In this document: piece by piece, positions 27,469 through 40,733 of the stretch
Layout of the letters: every line of letters starts with the position of its first letter
Numbering within the stretch: the first letter of the stretch is position 1
Source of the DNA: Octopus vulgaris
Lineage: Eukaryota
NCBI GenBank assembly: GCA_951406725.2
Contig: OX597816.1
Coordinates: 29,822,001 to 29,886,000 of the forward strand
Direction: 5' to 3'
Length of the DNA: 64,000 bases
Made by a program: the position numbers and the translations under genes
The notes under the pieces: model-generated
The model's input: the letters and a program-made list of their open reading frames with translations, nothing else
Told to the model about the DNA's origin: nothing
Database searches by the model: none

Positions 27469-27851
27469 TATATATAAAATATGAAGGTTTAGTTCACAGG
27501 TGATCTAAACGACAAGGTGCACTAGCTAAGTGCTGTAACGGATTACTAGGGCTCCAAGGTTATAACTGAGACGGAGTTATAGAGCCACTAGTGTGAGCAC
27601 TTTCAGATAGCATATTTTACACTGATTGAAAACATTGTATCATATGTTTTCATTGCCTATGTGCGTAAACATACATACGCCATGCATGTGAGAAGAACGC
27701 TGGCAAGACATGCAACATGAATGAAACTAGAACGTCATTCATTAAAAACTTAAACTAGAACTTATAAAATGAAATGCAATTATGGAACAAGAACGTGCAT
27801 TTATAAAGCAAAGAAAAATTGCGACCTAAATACTGCCAAAAAATTCTAATA

Positions 27852-27882
<31 letters not shown>

Positions 27883-27887
<5 letters not shown>

Positions 27888-28402
27888 TAAAAATGACGGT
27901 GTCTAAAAGACACCAACATGCCGAAATAGCAGTCGAAACTCTGACTATAAAACCACGTTAAATGTTCATATTTTAACCATATCGTACTTATGCGGTGATT
28001 TGGCGGGCGATTCAAACTGGCTGTGTTCATACGTGCATATGTATGTATGTGCGACGCTCGTGTATGTAAGTATATCGTTTGCTGTGCATATATATATCTG
28101 TATTTATGTACCCTTGATATATTCAATTGATGACGGTAAAGCTTATCTAAAGCAGAACCAGAAATCCTTGGATCTTGAATTATTCAATAATTTTTGCTTG
28201 TATGTTTTGTCCCTCCGCTTTGCCTCATGGTGCGATATGAACATTTAACGTGGTTTTATAGTCAGAGTTTCGACTGCTATTTCGGCATGTTGGTGTCTTT
28301 TAGACACCCTCATTTTTAATTGTTAAAAATTTATTACCTTTGTAAGGTATTTCTTTCATGCTGGCCACTTGATAATTTCGACACTTAAATATCGATATTA
28401 TC

Positions 28403-28405
<3 letters not shown>
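27883..28405 (+). mobile_element. PLE pLTR-like element with ~89-bp inverted terminal duplication
   Basis: 27883-27971 is the near-perfect reverse complement of 28235-28323; homologous to 50782-51215; (TA)n on both sides. Confidence 0.8.
28121..28180 (+). ncRNA. Type I hammerhead ribozyme (U3-G8 core)
   Basis: AUUCAA-UUGAUGA-cGGU..ACCa-GAAA-UCCuuGGA-UC-UUGAAU. Confidence 0.65.
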
Positions 28406-28459
<54 letters not shown>

Positions 28460-28756
28460 ATGTATGTATGTATGTATGTAGAAATTTTGCTCGATAACAC
28501 ACGTGGGTAGGTAAGGAAGAATGCGAGATCTCATTCGTCTGTTTTAAATTCGGAGGTACTGGTCATTGGATGTAATTTGTCTGATGTCGCTTGGTCAGAT
28601 AAGGTATGTTCAATTTTCTACAGTGTCCTAAAATTTAAAATCTACCATACCGAAATTTAGAAATAGCAGTCAAGTTTAGCTATTTAGAGGACAGTTTACT
28701 AACGCACCCTGTTTATATAAATTTGAACTACACGCACACACACATACATACATACA

Positions 28757-28794
<38 letters not shown>

Positions 28795-30185
28795 CAATAT
28801 ATTATAACTATCAATTAATATTATATGTTAAATACGTTATAATATAGGTGGCTAAAGCTATGAAAGACCAAAAACGTAGAATACATAAATAAGGATGCAA
28901 AATAACATACATACACATACATACATACATGCATACATACATACATACATACATACTTACATACACACACAGGTGAGTCGTTAAACTTGAGACATTCTTA
29001 CATACAGTTGGGTTCATGAAAATAAAATTCTTTTACTGCACAGTTGTAGATGTAGTCAGTTCATTATTATATGACTGGTCTTCTTAATGTTTGGGTTAAG
29101 TCTCATAAACACAAATATGTGTGTTGTGTATATGTGTGTGTATGTGTGCATGAGTATATGTGTATTTGCGCGTGTGTGGTGTATGAGTTTTTGTGTGTGT
29201 GTGGTATCTGTGATGAGTGTGTGTGTGTTTACATAGAGAACAATTGAATTTCAAACTGAAAAGTTAGCTGACGTGAGAAATGTCGACACCATCAGTGATA
29301 TTAAATGACTTTGCCACAAGCCAAAACAATAAAGCTAACACGATGCAGGACAGAAAAGCTATCATTCTTGACATCTTACTACCAGATGTCTCATCGAAAC
29401 TACATATTGATCAATATTAATGTTTTGCTAGGAGTAGTAATAATGTTTTAAATATATATGTCTAGTGATATTGTCGCGGTTTGGACAAGTCTACTTCACT
29501 GCACTAATATTGCCGTAATCTATTTAAAGAATAAATGCCGTTCTAACATTGAAAATAACATTTTCTCAGATAATGGATAAATTTTTTCTGAACAATATAA
29601 TTACAATAAAATGGATACTAAGTTGGCTGCATAGTTAAGATGTTCGCTTTCTAACAACATAGTTTCCGGTTCGTTTTCCACTGTGGCATAATGGACAAGT
29701 ATATTCAATCAAAATCATGAGATGACCAAATTTTAGCGAATGAAATTAGAAAGACGGAAACTATGTAGAAGCCTATCTCAGTGATTGTCCTTTCTCTTGG
29801 ACGGTAAGATGAAACCGTCTACTGGTTTAGCAATACCTCTTTCCCATGGATGCTTTGGGCAAAGTCCTTTCCGATGCAAGCTTTCGGATCACATCTCTGG
29901 TCCAGTACAACTTCCTTCATTCTCCTTACCAATCTCAGAAATCCTCAAAATGTTTTATAGGTGCTGCCTTCCTTCCTCTGATCATGGAATTCAATGAAAA
30001 TGAGAGAAACGTTATTTGCAAATTGATTGTCATAGCTTTGTGATGTTGTATGTCTAAAATTGTATACGATTCTCTCTCACAATAAAAATCTGAATAGTTG
30101 TTTCTTAGCTTCTGCTTTTCCAATAGCTTTGAAAAATTGGAAGTGTACACAGACGAACAATAATATTTTTTACCATGTCCGTTAT

Positions 30186-30301
<116 letters not shown>

Positions 30302-30359
30302 AATTAATACTTTAAATTAATACTTCAAATATACCGTAAATTAATACTTCAAATATACC

Positions 30360-30407
<48 letters not shown>

Positions 30408-30412
<5 letters not shown>

Positions 30413-32684
30413 TACTGAGCAATATAAAAACTCTGTATCTCTCCTTTTAGAGGATACCACATACTACGAAAGAGTAGTCGACTACCAGCAATCCAAAACA
30501 ATGACCAATCTGAAGGCACTCATTTACCAACACCGGAATGACTTGACAGCAAAGGAATGCGACTACATTACTAAATTTAATTGCAAAACCAGCACACTCT
30601 ATGGGCTTCCAAAAATACACAAGAGTCAAATTATCACAGAAGCTTGCAAAAAGTCCACTTCAACCTGCATCACTATACCACATCCCACTGATCTCAAACT
30701 GAGACCAATAGTGGCAGGCCCAAGTTGTGAAACACACAGACTTAGCAACTTTATAGATATCATCTTAAAGCCAATACTGAAACACATTCCAAGTATTGTA
30801 AGAGATGACCTGGACCTATTAAACCATCTCCCCAAACATGCCGATAAAGACACCTTAATCGTTTCTTTTGATGTTATTAATCTTTACACCACAATCCCAC
30901 ATGAATTTGGACTGGAAGCCATTAAATTCTGGCTGGATAAATATCCCAATGAGATCCCGGAAAGAATTAAAAAAGAATTCATAATTGAGGGCCTCAAATT
31001 TATTCTGCAAAACAACTTCATGTATTTCTACAACAACACTTACAGACAGGTCTCAGGAACTGCAATGGGTACGAAAGTTGCACCTACCTATGCAAACCTG
31101 GTGATGGCCTACCTGGAATCACATATCTATGAAAAATCCAAATATAAGTACGGCCAGTCTTTCCACAAATACCTGTTGGAGAACTGGAAACGCTACTTAG
31201 ATGATTGCCTCATCCTATGGTCCCACACACTCGACCAACTTATAGACTTCAAAAACCTTATCAACAGTGTAAATAACAACAATTCAATTCACAATGGAAT
31301 ATAGTCAGGACCAACTCCCTTTTCTTGACATCCTAATCATTAAAAAAGGCGTCAACATTGAAACTGACATCCATTACAAACCCACTGACTCTAAACAATA
31401 CCTTCTATTCACCTCCAATCACCCAAAACACACAAAGACAAATATCCCCTTCAACCTAGCGAGAAGAATCTGCACTATTGTCTCAAATGACACAACACGA
31501 AATAGAAGACTCCGGGAACTAAGGGCAATTCTTCTCGAAAGACATTACCCGGCATCACTAGTAGACAACGGAATAGAACGGGCCAAATCAATCAACATTC
31601 AAGACCTTCGAAAACCCAAACACATCCACAGTACAGTCAATAGCCTCCTTATCTCTCAACACACAACCCAAGGAATGCAGAAGCTTACACTATTATATAC
31701 AACAACATTCCACATCTAAATCAAGACCCACGCCTGAAAAAAATACTGGCAGCTCATAAAATAATAAAAAGTAAGAGACAACCTAAATCCCTAAAAAACC
31801 TCCTCACAAACGCAAAATTACACAACACAAACCCACGGCCCACCATCAAAAAATGTGGTCGCCCCAACTGCAAGACCTGCATCCACCTCATTGAGGGATC
31901 GTCGTACAAGTTCCACTCGGGACACACATTCATCATAAAAAATAATTTCACGTGCGCATCAAAAAATTTACTCTACGTCATAAGGTGTGAAGGATGCCAC
32001 GAAGACTACATAGGGCAAACGAGCCTTACCCTCAGAGACAGAATGACAGTTCACCGACAACAACTGAGGGACCCCTCCACAAGACAGATACCACTAAGTG
32101 GACACTTAGACCTTTGTGCACACAATAAGTCCCCCAAATTCTTAGTCTTCCCACTATACCAATGCTCGGACAACACCACAGACCAAACACGAATAAATAA
32201 GGAAAGTAATCTTATTCAAAAATACAGACCACAACTAAACATACTCTAACATACCCCCTGGAAACACATCCAGAGCAAGCACACAGGGACGCGCGCACGC
32301 TCACAGCATATCGTGCGGGCGGGCACATGCGCGCATCGGCACGCATAGGACACACTAGCGGGCATTGACCGCACACATACGTGGCATGCACACGCATGCA
32401 TTATATATATGTAGGTGATGTATGTGTGTGAGTGTTGTGTGTGTGTGCCTGTGTGTGTGTGCACGTTGTGTGTGTGTGTGCGCGGGTGTATATATATATA
32501 TGTGTGTGTGCACTGTGTGCGTGTGTGTGTATATGTGTGTGTGCGCGCGCGTTGTGTGTGTGTGTGTGTGCACGTGTGTATATATGTGTGTGTGTGCACT
32601 TTGTGCGGGTGTGTGTGTATGTGTGTGTGTGTGTGTGTGTGAGCATTGTGTACGTGTGTATGTATTTACATGTGTATTTGTTTT

Positions 32685-32715
<31 letters not shown>

Positions 32716-33732
32716 TGTGTGTGTATATGCATGGTATGTGTGTATATGTTAGTACTTTGTTTGTGTGTGTGTGCGGCATGTAGAGATATATTTGAGTGTG
32801 TACGCTATAGGTTTCTAATTTGTGTGTGGGGGGGGTGAATTTTTTACATATATATATGTGTGTGTATGTGTGTGAAAAAATATATGTATGTGCATGTATG
32901 TATGTATGTATGTGTGTATATATATATATGTGTGTGTATACATATGTGTGTGTGTGTATGTGTGTGTATATTTATTTGCTTGCTTATGTGTGTATAAACA
33001 TGTACATTATTTGCATGCGCATTGTGTATATGTATATTGTATGTATGTGTATTGTATATGTATGTGTACAATTAAGTGTATATATGTGTGTGTATGTGTG
33101 CATTGTATATATGTATATTGTAGGTGTGCTATATATGCATGAATAAATGTATGTGCATTGCGTGTATATATATGTATGCATTGTGTATGTATGTTATGTG
33201 TGTGTTGGTGTATATATATATATTATATGTATGCGTACGTGTATGTGCATGCATTGTATGTATGTGTATTGTGTGTATATGTGGTACATCTATGTATGTG
33301 TATGTAAACACTATTTATATGTATATGTGTATATATGTATATGCATTGTCTATATATATATATATTATATGTATGTACTGCGTATGTATATTGCATGCAT
33401 ATATTGTGTATGTATATTACTTACATGCTGTATGTGTGTATTGTATGTGTGTATATATATGCTAGGTGTATTTGTGTGATATTTATATTATGTATGTGTG
33501 CGTGTTGTGTGTGTGTGTGTATGTGTGTGTGTGTGTGTGTGTGTTGTGTGTGTATGTGTATTATATATCTGTGTATGTTATATATATATATATGTTATAT
33601 TTGTGTGCTGTGTGTATATGTGATATATGTGGGTGCGTTGTGTGTGGGTGTGTGTGTTCTGTGTGTGTGTGTGTGTGTTGTTTGTATGTGGTGTGTGTTT
33701 GTTTACTATGTGTGTGTGTGTGTGTGTTGTGT

Positions 33733-33765
<33 letters not shown>

Positions 33766-34409
33766 GTGTGTGACAAACAGACGCTATCTGACCAGCAGGC
33801 ACGGACACATCTATTCACACCCGCATACTAACCTCCTGATAACCCCAAAATCATTCATGCATAAAGGGGAAGTATACACCACATTGGCTACTTCTTCTGG
33901 TCTCTCAGTTCAGCCTTTCTGCTAATACCGACAGGTCAGTAAAAACATATTCTCGCCTTGTACTTAAAATATTCTGAGATGTATAAAAAATCCATTTTAA
34001 TTTTTGCTGTCAAAAGGCTGTATATATATACCAAAGATTGTATATATATACATGTAATGTGACAATTTGCGACAACCAATAATTAACGCAACCAATTCCC
34101 AATAATATATTTGTTTTATCCTTTTCTGCCAAATTTTCCCAAATATTCTCATCACACTATTGAACTTCTCTGTTACCAAACACTATATTTATACATGTAA
34201 TGTGACAATTATGTATAAAAAAACATTTTTGAATTCATAATATCCAATGTGACAATTATGTAAAAACTTTTTTGAATGCATAATATTCAATGTGACAATT
34301 ATGTAAAAAACAATGTTTCCTTAAATGTAACTTTTGACAATCTTTTACCAAAGAGTGAAACCGGTTAAGTAAATAAACATCGTTTAAATTGCATTTTCAA
34401 ACCTTTTTT

Positions 34410-34412
<3 letters not shown>
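30408..34412 (+). mobile_element. Penelope-like retroelement (Neptune-type), 5'-truncated and frameshifted; RT plus GIY-YIG at 30408-32249
   Basis: LYGLPKIHK, LRPIV, SFDVINLYT, GTAMGTKVAP, RYLDD, LPFLD, YKPTDS..HP, CGRPNCKTC linker, NLLYVIRC..DYIGQT; long microsatellite-rich 3' region; flanked by (TA)n. Confidence 0.93.
34330..34370 (+). ncRNA. Minimal type I hammerhead (U3-A8 core) at the PLE 3' end
   Basis: ACUU-UUGACAA-UCUUU uacc AAAGA gu-GAAA-CCGG-UU-AAGU, ~40 nt before the element end and on the same strand as the RT. Confidence 0.7.
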
Positions 34413-34452
<40 letters not shown>

Positions 34453-34496
34453 ATACAATAAGATATTATAACTATCAATAAATATTGATAGAAGAA

Positions 34497-34653
34497 AGAG
34501 TGAGAGAAAGTTGTGGCGAAAGAGTACAGCAGGGAGTGCCACCACCCTCTGCCGGAGCCTCGTGGAGCTTTAGGTGTTTTCGCTCAATAAACACTCACAA
34601 CGCCCGGTCTGGGAATCGAAACCGTGATCCTACGACCGCGAAATCCGCTGCCC
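34497..34653 (-). mobile_element. SINE family C fragment
   Basis: Matches 16054-16168 and the head of 19404-19702. Confidence 0.85.
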
Positions 34654-34930
34654 TAAGTGTGTTATGTTCTCGAGCAAAACACTTCATTTCACGTTGCTCT
34701 GTATTCACTTCGACACTTAACGCGTGGCATGCGATGCACCTGTTCAGGCGACGTCGATTTTATGGAGGGAGTGAGCCAATGTAAAATACATACATTTCAT
34801 CACTACTAACAAATCGTTTGTGCAGGTCGTTCGGAAAAAAGGCTGAACGCTCAGACGACGTCTTCGACGTATTAGTCTTTTAATGGCTGTAGTCGTAGGA
34901 CTGTTACCATGCAGGAGTGCCTCCTTAATT

Positions 34931-35139
34931 AGCACGCCGGGCGAAATGCGTAGCCGTATTTCGTCTGCTGTTACATTCTGTGTTCAAATTCCGCCGAGGT
35001 TGACTTTGCCTTTCATCCTTTCGGGGTCGATAAATTAAGTACCAGTTACGCACTGGGGGTCGATGTAATCGACTTAATCCGTTTGTCTGTCCTTGTTTGT
35101 CCCCTGTATGTTTAGCCCCTTGTGGGTAGTAAAGAAATA
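34931..35139 (+). mobile_element. SINE family B, 5'-truncated
   Basis: 18-bp TSD AGGAGTGCCTCCTTAATT at 34913-34930 and 35140-35157. Confidence 0.92.
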
Positions 35140-35159
35140 AGGAGTGCCTCCTTAATTTA

Positions 35160-38100
35160 GTTTCTTTCGGTTTTATTGACGCTTAATGACTGGAAGCTGG
35201 ATTTATGATTGCGCTTGTGGCAATCATACTTCTTTGGGAGTATTCTTGAATGATTGGCTGGTCCGGTATCGGAGTTAGGAGTTTATCCGATTATTTTTTT
35301 TGTGTTAGCAGAATTTCTTTTTATATTTCTGATTTCTTTAGGCATGCAGTTAAACAATTAAGGACCTCTAATTATCCGACGGGTACAATAGAGTATTTTA
35401 GCCTGTGATTTCGAAGGTGATATATTTCCAAGCTGACAGTCTCTACCAGTTCGCGCATCAAAATTCTCTGTAATACTGAGTTTGAATCTAATCCATTAAT
35501 AGCTTCAATAACATCATTATTATGTAGAGCTGTCTCTGCAGTTGAATTCTGGTGGTCAAAGAATTCGTTTTGCATTATGTGATATTTAGTTAATTATAGG
35601 TTTGGAAACTGTTGTATTGTTGACTCAAGACTGCATATATATGTGATAAATAGTTAGTGTATGATCTTTTGTTTTTAAAAAGTGGAAAAAGAACTTGGGA
35701 CTAGACTATGTATTATCCATTGCTCGGTGTTCCTTTAGAGAAGTTGTTCTTTTTTCTTTTTTATGATTTTTTTAGGTCTAGTTCGATGTTTTTCTTTTCG
35801 TATTTTTTTATGGTAATATCATCTATTGAAAGAATTTGGCGTTATAGCTGTTTTATAATTTTGATTCTGGCATAACATCTGTCTATCTCGGGGAATCAAG
35901 TTCTTGCGATAATAGGAATGCTTTTGACAAATCTTGATTAACTTTACGTAAAAGAACTTCTTTCCCTCATTAACACTGTAGTTCCCTTTATACTGAGATC
36001 AGTTTGTTTTGAGGATTTCAGTTTTGAATACCTTCCACTTGTCCTTCTTGGAATTCAAGTTCATAAGGGATGAATCATGCTTGATATTATTTGTATGTTG
36101 TCCTCTTAAAGCCGTATATAGATCATTGTATAATATCAGGGATAGCTGTTGGAATGACCGGAACATTGTGAATGAAGTTTGTATTAGTGGTAAAGATTAG
36201 ATTGCATAGGTTATTTTCCAAAGTTAGAGAAATAATAACTTCTTGCGTGAGAAATGCTTTAGTGTTGTCGAGAAGAACGTTCACAACTCTCCTGTTTAGT
36301 TGTTTAGCTCCAGGTTGGATATAACACTCATGTCAGCTGAAATTAGGAAAATTAAAGTCGCTTGTTAAAAGTACATTGACCTGAGGGCTGGCTTCATTTA
36401 GGATTTGACTTATGAGTGATAAAGCGTCTCTGAAGTGACCCTCGGGGTTAACCGCACCAGAAGGACTGTAGGTAATGCCTATGATAAAATTGAGCTTAAT
36501 CACAAGTATTATTAGTGTATCGCATGCTGTACTGGAGAATGAGCGGAGAATATTTGTTTCTGTATTCTACGGTCACTTCTGTGTAGTACATAACCTGATT
36601 TAAGTATTTCCACATTCAATATGTTTGGGGTCAGGTATGTTTCACCTAGTGCTACACATATTGTCTTTTCTCTGTGTGCGTGGTTTCTGAGATATGATAT
36701 TTTCTTTTCAATTTGCAAAATGTGAGAGACCTTGTATGGTCAACATTATAACTGAGTTGAGGTTGTGGGCTAATGACAGAAAAGGAAGGTGTTTGTGCAC
36801 TGAAATAACAGTTGTGGTTGGTGTTGTGTGAGAGCTAAATGGATCATCTATTTCCTTTGGTAGATTCATCATAGCAAAAAAGACTTTTGTTGTTTTGAGA
36901 GAGGTTGGTGTCTGGAGTTGTTATAGTTGCACTGTTGGACATGACTATGTTTATTTGATCTGCGGCGGTAAATTTTACTGTCGTACCCGATGGATGTCTC
37001 GGTGATACCTGAGTTTTGATGAAAGTCTAGACCAGAACTGCCACTGTAAGAAATGTTTCTACTGTGGATTTGGTGTTGGCTTGGAGTCATACTTTTAAAT
37101 GTGCATTGAGTCCTATGAAGATGAGAGAAGGGACAGTGATGCGTCAGACATACTTTCTCGCGTTGGGTATAGCGACAGATTTTAGCATTCCAGGTTACAC
37201 TTGCAGAAGTTATAAAGTTTGATTTAATATTTTGTGGTATACCGTAAATCCTCGAGTATAATCCGCATTTTTTCCCAAAATTTAAAGGTCAAAATCCCTA
37301 GTGCGTACTATATATATGTTAAAAATGAAAAATATTTTCTAAGCAATGTCCGAGTCTCTATTTGCTGTCCGGCAATGTTTATTCAGACGCATTTTGTGAT
37401 GTCGGGTGCGAAAATACCTTAAGCTAAGCCTAGCAATGAAGTCATAAAAGAATCATCCATAACTTGCAGTAAGTAACATTTATTAACATAAAAGTATTCA
37501 GAATACAGAATAACATGTAACAAAAACAATTTGCAAACATATTTACATTCCCATATAACAGTTAAGAACATCACCATTATTGTATTACGCATTTGCGGAA
37601 GTGTCTGTTCGCCTAGGTGCTGCTGGCTTATTTACGCACGACTCAAGTTAGAGGAGGGGTGCGTATTATACACAAGGTTTAAGTTTTTCAGAGGTACAGC
37701 CCCCTAAAATTCTCCTGCGTATTATACTCAAGGGCGGACTATATTCGAAGATTTACGGTAAGATATGGGCTATGCGTTGGCTGTTGTTACTACTACGAAT
37801 TGTGCGTCTTGTCCCAGGTATATGGGTGAAGTTGCAGTCACTACGTATGCATAGTCTCTTGCGTTGAGAATATCGGTATACTTTTGGGCTTCGTGAGTTC
37901 ATAGATTTTCTTTTATTTACAGTAGTAAGAATTACCATGGTGTTGTGAGATATACAATCAGATTGAGGTGAACAGTGGGAATGGGGAGAAAAGCATGATT
38001 CCTCACCAATTGCAGTATTAGTAGCATTTATGGTAGAAACAATATAATAGGATGAAAATTTTGATGATGGATCTCTTGTGTTTTTTCTGAGAGAGAATGA

Positions 38101-38475
38101 GGAATTTAAGGGATTTTGTTTAGCTCTTTTATAACTGTTAAAATAAATCATTATTCAGTTCATAACTCCAAGAAAAATGTGTTTTGCAGTTGCGGTTTCT
38201 TTTATAGCTACAGTAGAAAGGGTTTGTTTACCTTTTGCGATTTTGTTTTCCTACTGTTCTTCAGTTTTGTTGTTGTTGATGTTGTCGTGTCTAGCCATGT
38301 TCTTTGTTGTAACTCACTGCATAGTGAAGTCACAGGTTTCAATCGAAAATCACTACAAACTTGAAAAAAACGGCCCCATTCGTAAATTCATCACAAGATT
38401 AACCAGTTATTTAACTGGGCTGAAAGTTGCAGATATAATTTATTGAATTCTCGATAAAGAGTCTCCCTCGCCAAA
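35160..38475 (-). mobile_element. Degenerate APE-type LINE, 5' half (ORF1 with CCCH-like fingers, then APE)
   Basis: ICVALGETYL..YVLHRSDR and VLLTSDFNFP (APE motifs); upstream CRYYTQREKVCLTHHCPFSH and YRYSQRKRLCIRSDCNFTH; many stops. Confidence 0.7.
37242..37758. mobile_element. Tc2/pogo-type MITE nested in the LINE
   Basis: TIRs CCGTAAATCCTCGAGTATAATCCGC / GCGGACTATATTCGAAGATTTACGG; TA TSD; subterminal CGTATTATAC repeats. Confidence 0.9.
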
Positions 38476-38487
38476 TATCCGAGTGCG

Positions 38488-39580
38488 TATGTATGTATGT
38501 ATGTATGTATGTATCTATGTATGTATGTATGTATGTATGTATGTATGTATGTATGTATATATGTATGTATGTATGTATGTATTGATGTATGTTTGTATGT
38601 ATGTTTGTATGTATGTATGTATGTATGTATATGTATGTATGTATGTATGTATGTATGAATGAATGTATGTATGAATGTATGTATGTATGTATGAATGAAT
38701 GAATGTATGTATGTATGTATGTATATATGAATGTATGTATGTATTTATGTATGTATGTATGTATGTATGTATGTATGAATGAATGTATGTATGTATGTAT
38801 GTATGTATGTATGAATGTATGTATGTATGAATGTATGTATGTATGTATGTATGTATGTATGTGTGTATGTATGAATGTATGTATGTATGAATGAATGTAT
38901 GTATGTATGTATGTATGAATGAAAGTATGTATGTATGTATGTATATATGAATGTATGTATGTATGAATGTATGTATGTATGTATGAATGAATGTATGTAT
39001 GTATGAATGAATGTATGTATGTATGTATGTATGTACGTATGTATGTATGAATGAATGTATGTATGTATGAATGAATGTATGTATGTATGTATGAATGAAT
39101 GTATGTATGTGTGTATGTATGTATGTATGTATGTATGTATGTATGTATGAATGTATGTATGTATGTATGTATGAATGAATGTATGTATGTATGAATGAAT
39201 GTATGTATGTATGTATGTATGTACGTATGTATGTATGAATGAATGTATGTATGTATGAATGAATGTATGAATGTATGTATGAATGAATGTATGTATGTAT
39301 GTATGTATGTATGTATGTATGAATGTATGTATGAATGTATGTATGTATGTAAGTATGTATGTATGAATGTATGTATGTATGTATGTTTGTATGTATGTAT
39401 GTATGTATGTATGTATGTATGAATGTATGTATGTATGAATGTATGTATGTATTAATGTATGTATGTATGAATGTATGTATGTATGAATGTATGTATGTAT
39501 TAATGTATGTATGTATGAATGTATGTTTGTATGTATGTACGTTTGTATGTACGTACGTATGTATGTATGTATGTATTTAT
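38488..39580. repeat. ~1.1-kb (ATGT)n/(ATGA)n tetranucleotide array
   Basis: Direct inspection. Confidence 0.98.
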
Positions 39581-40642
39581 ATGTGCGCGTGTGTGTGCGC
39601 ATGCCTGTGTTTTAGAAAATGAACCCTAAATCATAAATGCCCTTCATTTAACAGTAAAGTTCCATTCAAATCATAATTCTGATGTAGTTCTTAATTATTT
39701 ATTTTTTTTACTTCTACTTCTATTCGTTATCCTAACGAATTTTCAACTTAACTACACGAAACATCATTTTATTTTGTAATTACATTTAACTTATGTATTT
39801 GTAATTATAATTTCATAGTGTTCTTTTAATTATGCTGCTATTTTATATCACTATATTCATTGATTTATGGAAATTATGATTTACGGTTAATATCAGTTCA
39901 AAAGAAAGCATTACAGATTTTATATGACCTGGCAAAGAAGAACGTCTGAGAAAGAGTGACGCTATCAGTTACCGCACAGGGTGGCAACACCTTTAGTGAT
40001 ACTACTGGCTTGATGTCACGTTAGTTGATGGTGCTACTAGCAAGTCATATATTCACTTCAGAGAATCTATTTCGCTGAAGTCAATAAAATCATTAGCATC
40101 TCTTCCCATCGCATAGTTTGGAGTAATGTGTTTCATAAGTGCCGGCTTTTAATCATTTATCATTAACTTCTCAATTAACAATCTATCCATCATTTTAAAT
40201 TAAAAAGAGGCCGAGATTGCAGTCTGAGTCGACAAAAATCAATAAATAACGTTTGCGAGTTTGCATGATGTGGGGGCGAGGGAGACGGGAAATTTCAAAG
40301 AATGAGTAGAGTCCTCTTGGAGTAAAAATAAAAGGAATTGTTTGCATTTGTTCCAGTGAAATAAAAAGTGTAGGATTTGCAAAATCGTTAGAGCGCCAGA
40401 CAAAATGCCTCTGGTATTTAGTTATAGGATTTGAACACAAATCTTAAGGTTTTGTATTCAAATCCTGTCGAGATATTTCATCTTACTTGGTCGATACTAT
40501 AAAGTAACCGTAAAGTTCTAGAATTGCTACAATCACCTATTTCCTTCTTAAAGGCATTACAATTCAGGGACTTCGAATGGCATAGATAGATCTTTGGAAG
40601 TTTAATACATTAATTAATTAACTGAAAATATTTATAAAACTA

Positions 40643-40699
40643 CTATCAGAAGTACCCGGCGTTGCTCGAGATTAAAATGGCAGCGCGTATGTACGTATG

Positions 40700-40733
<34 letters not shown>

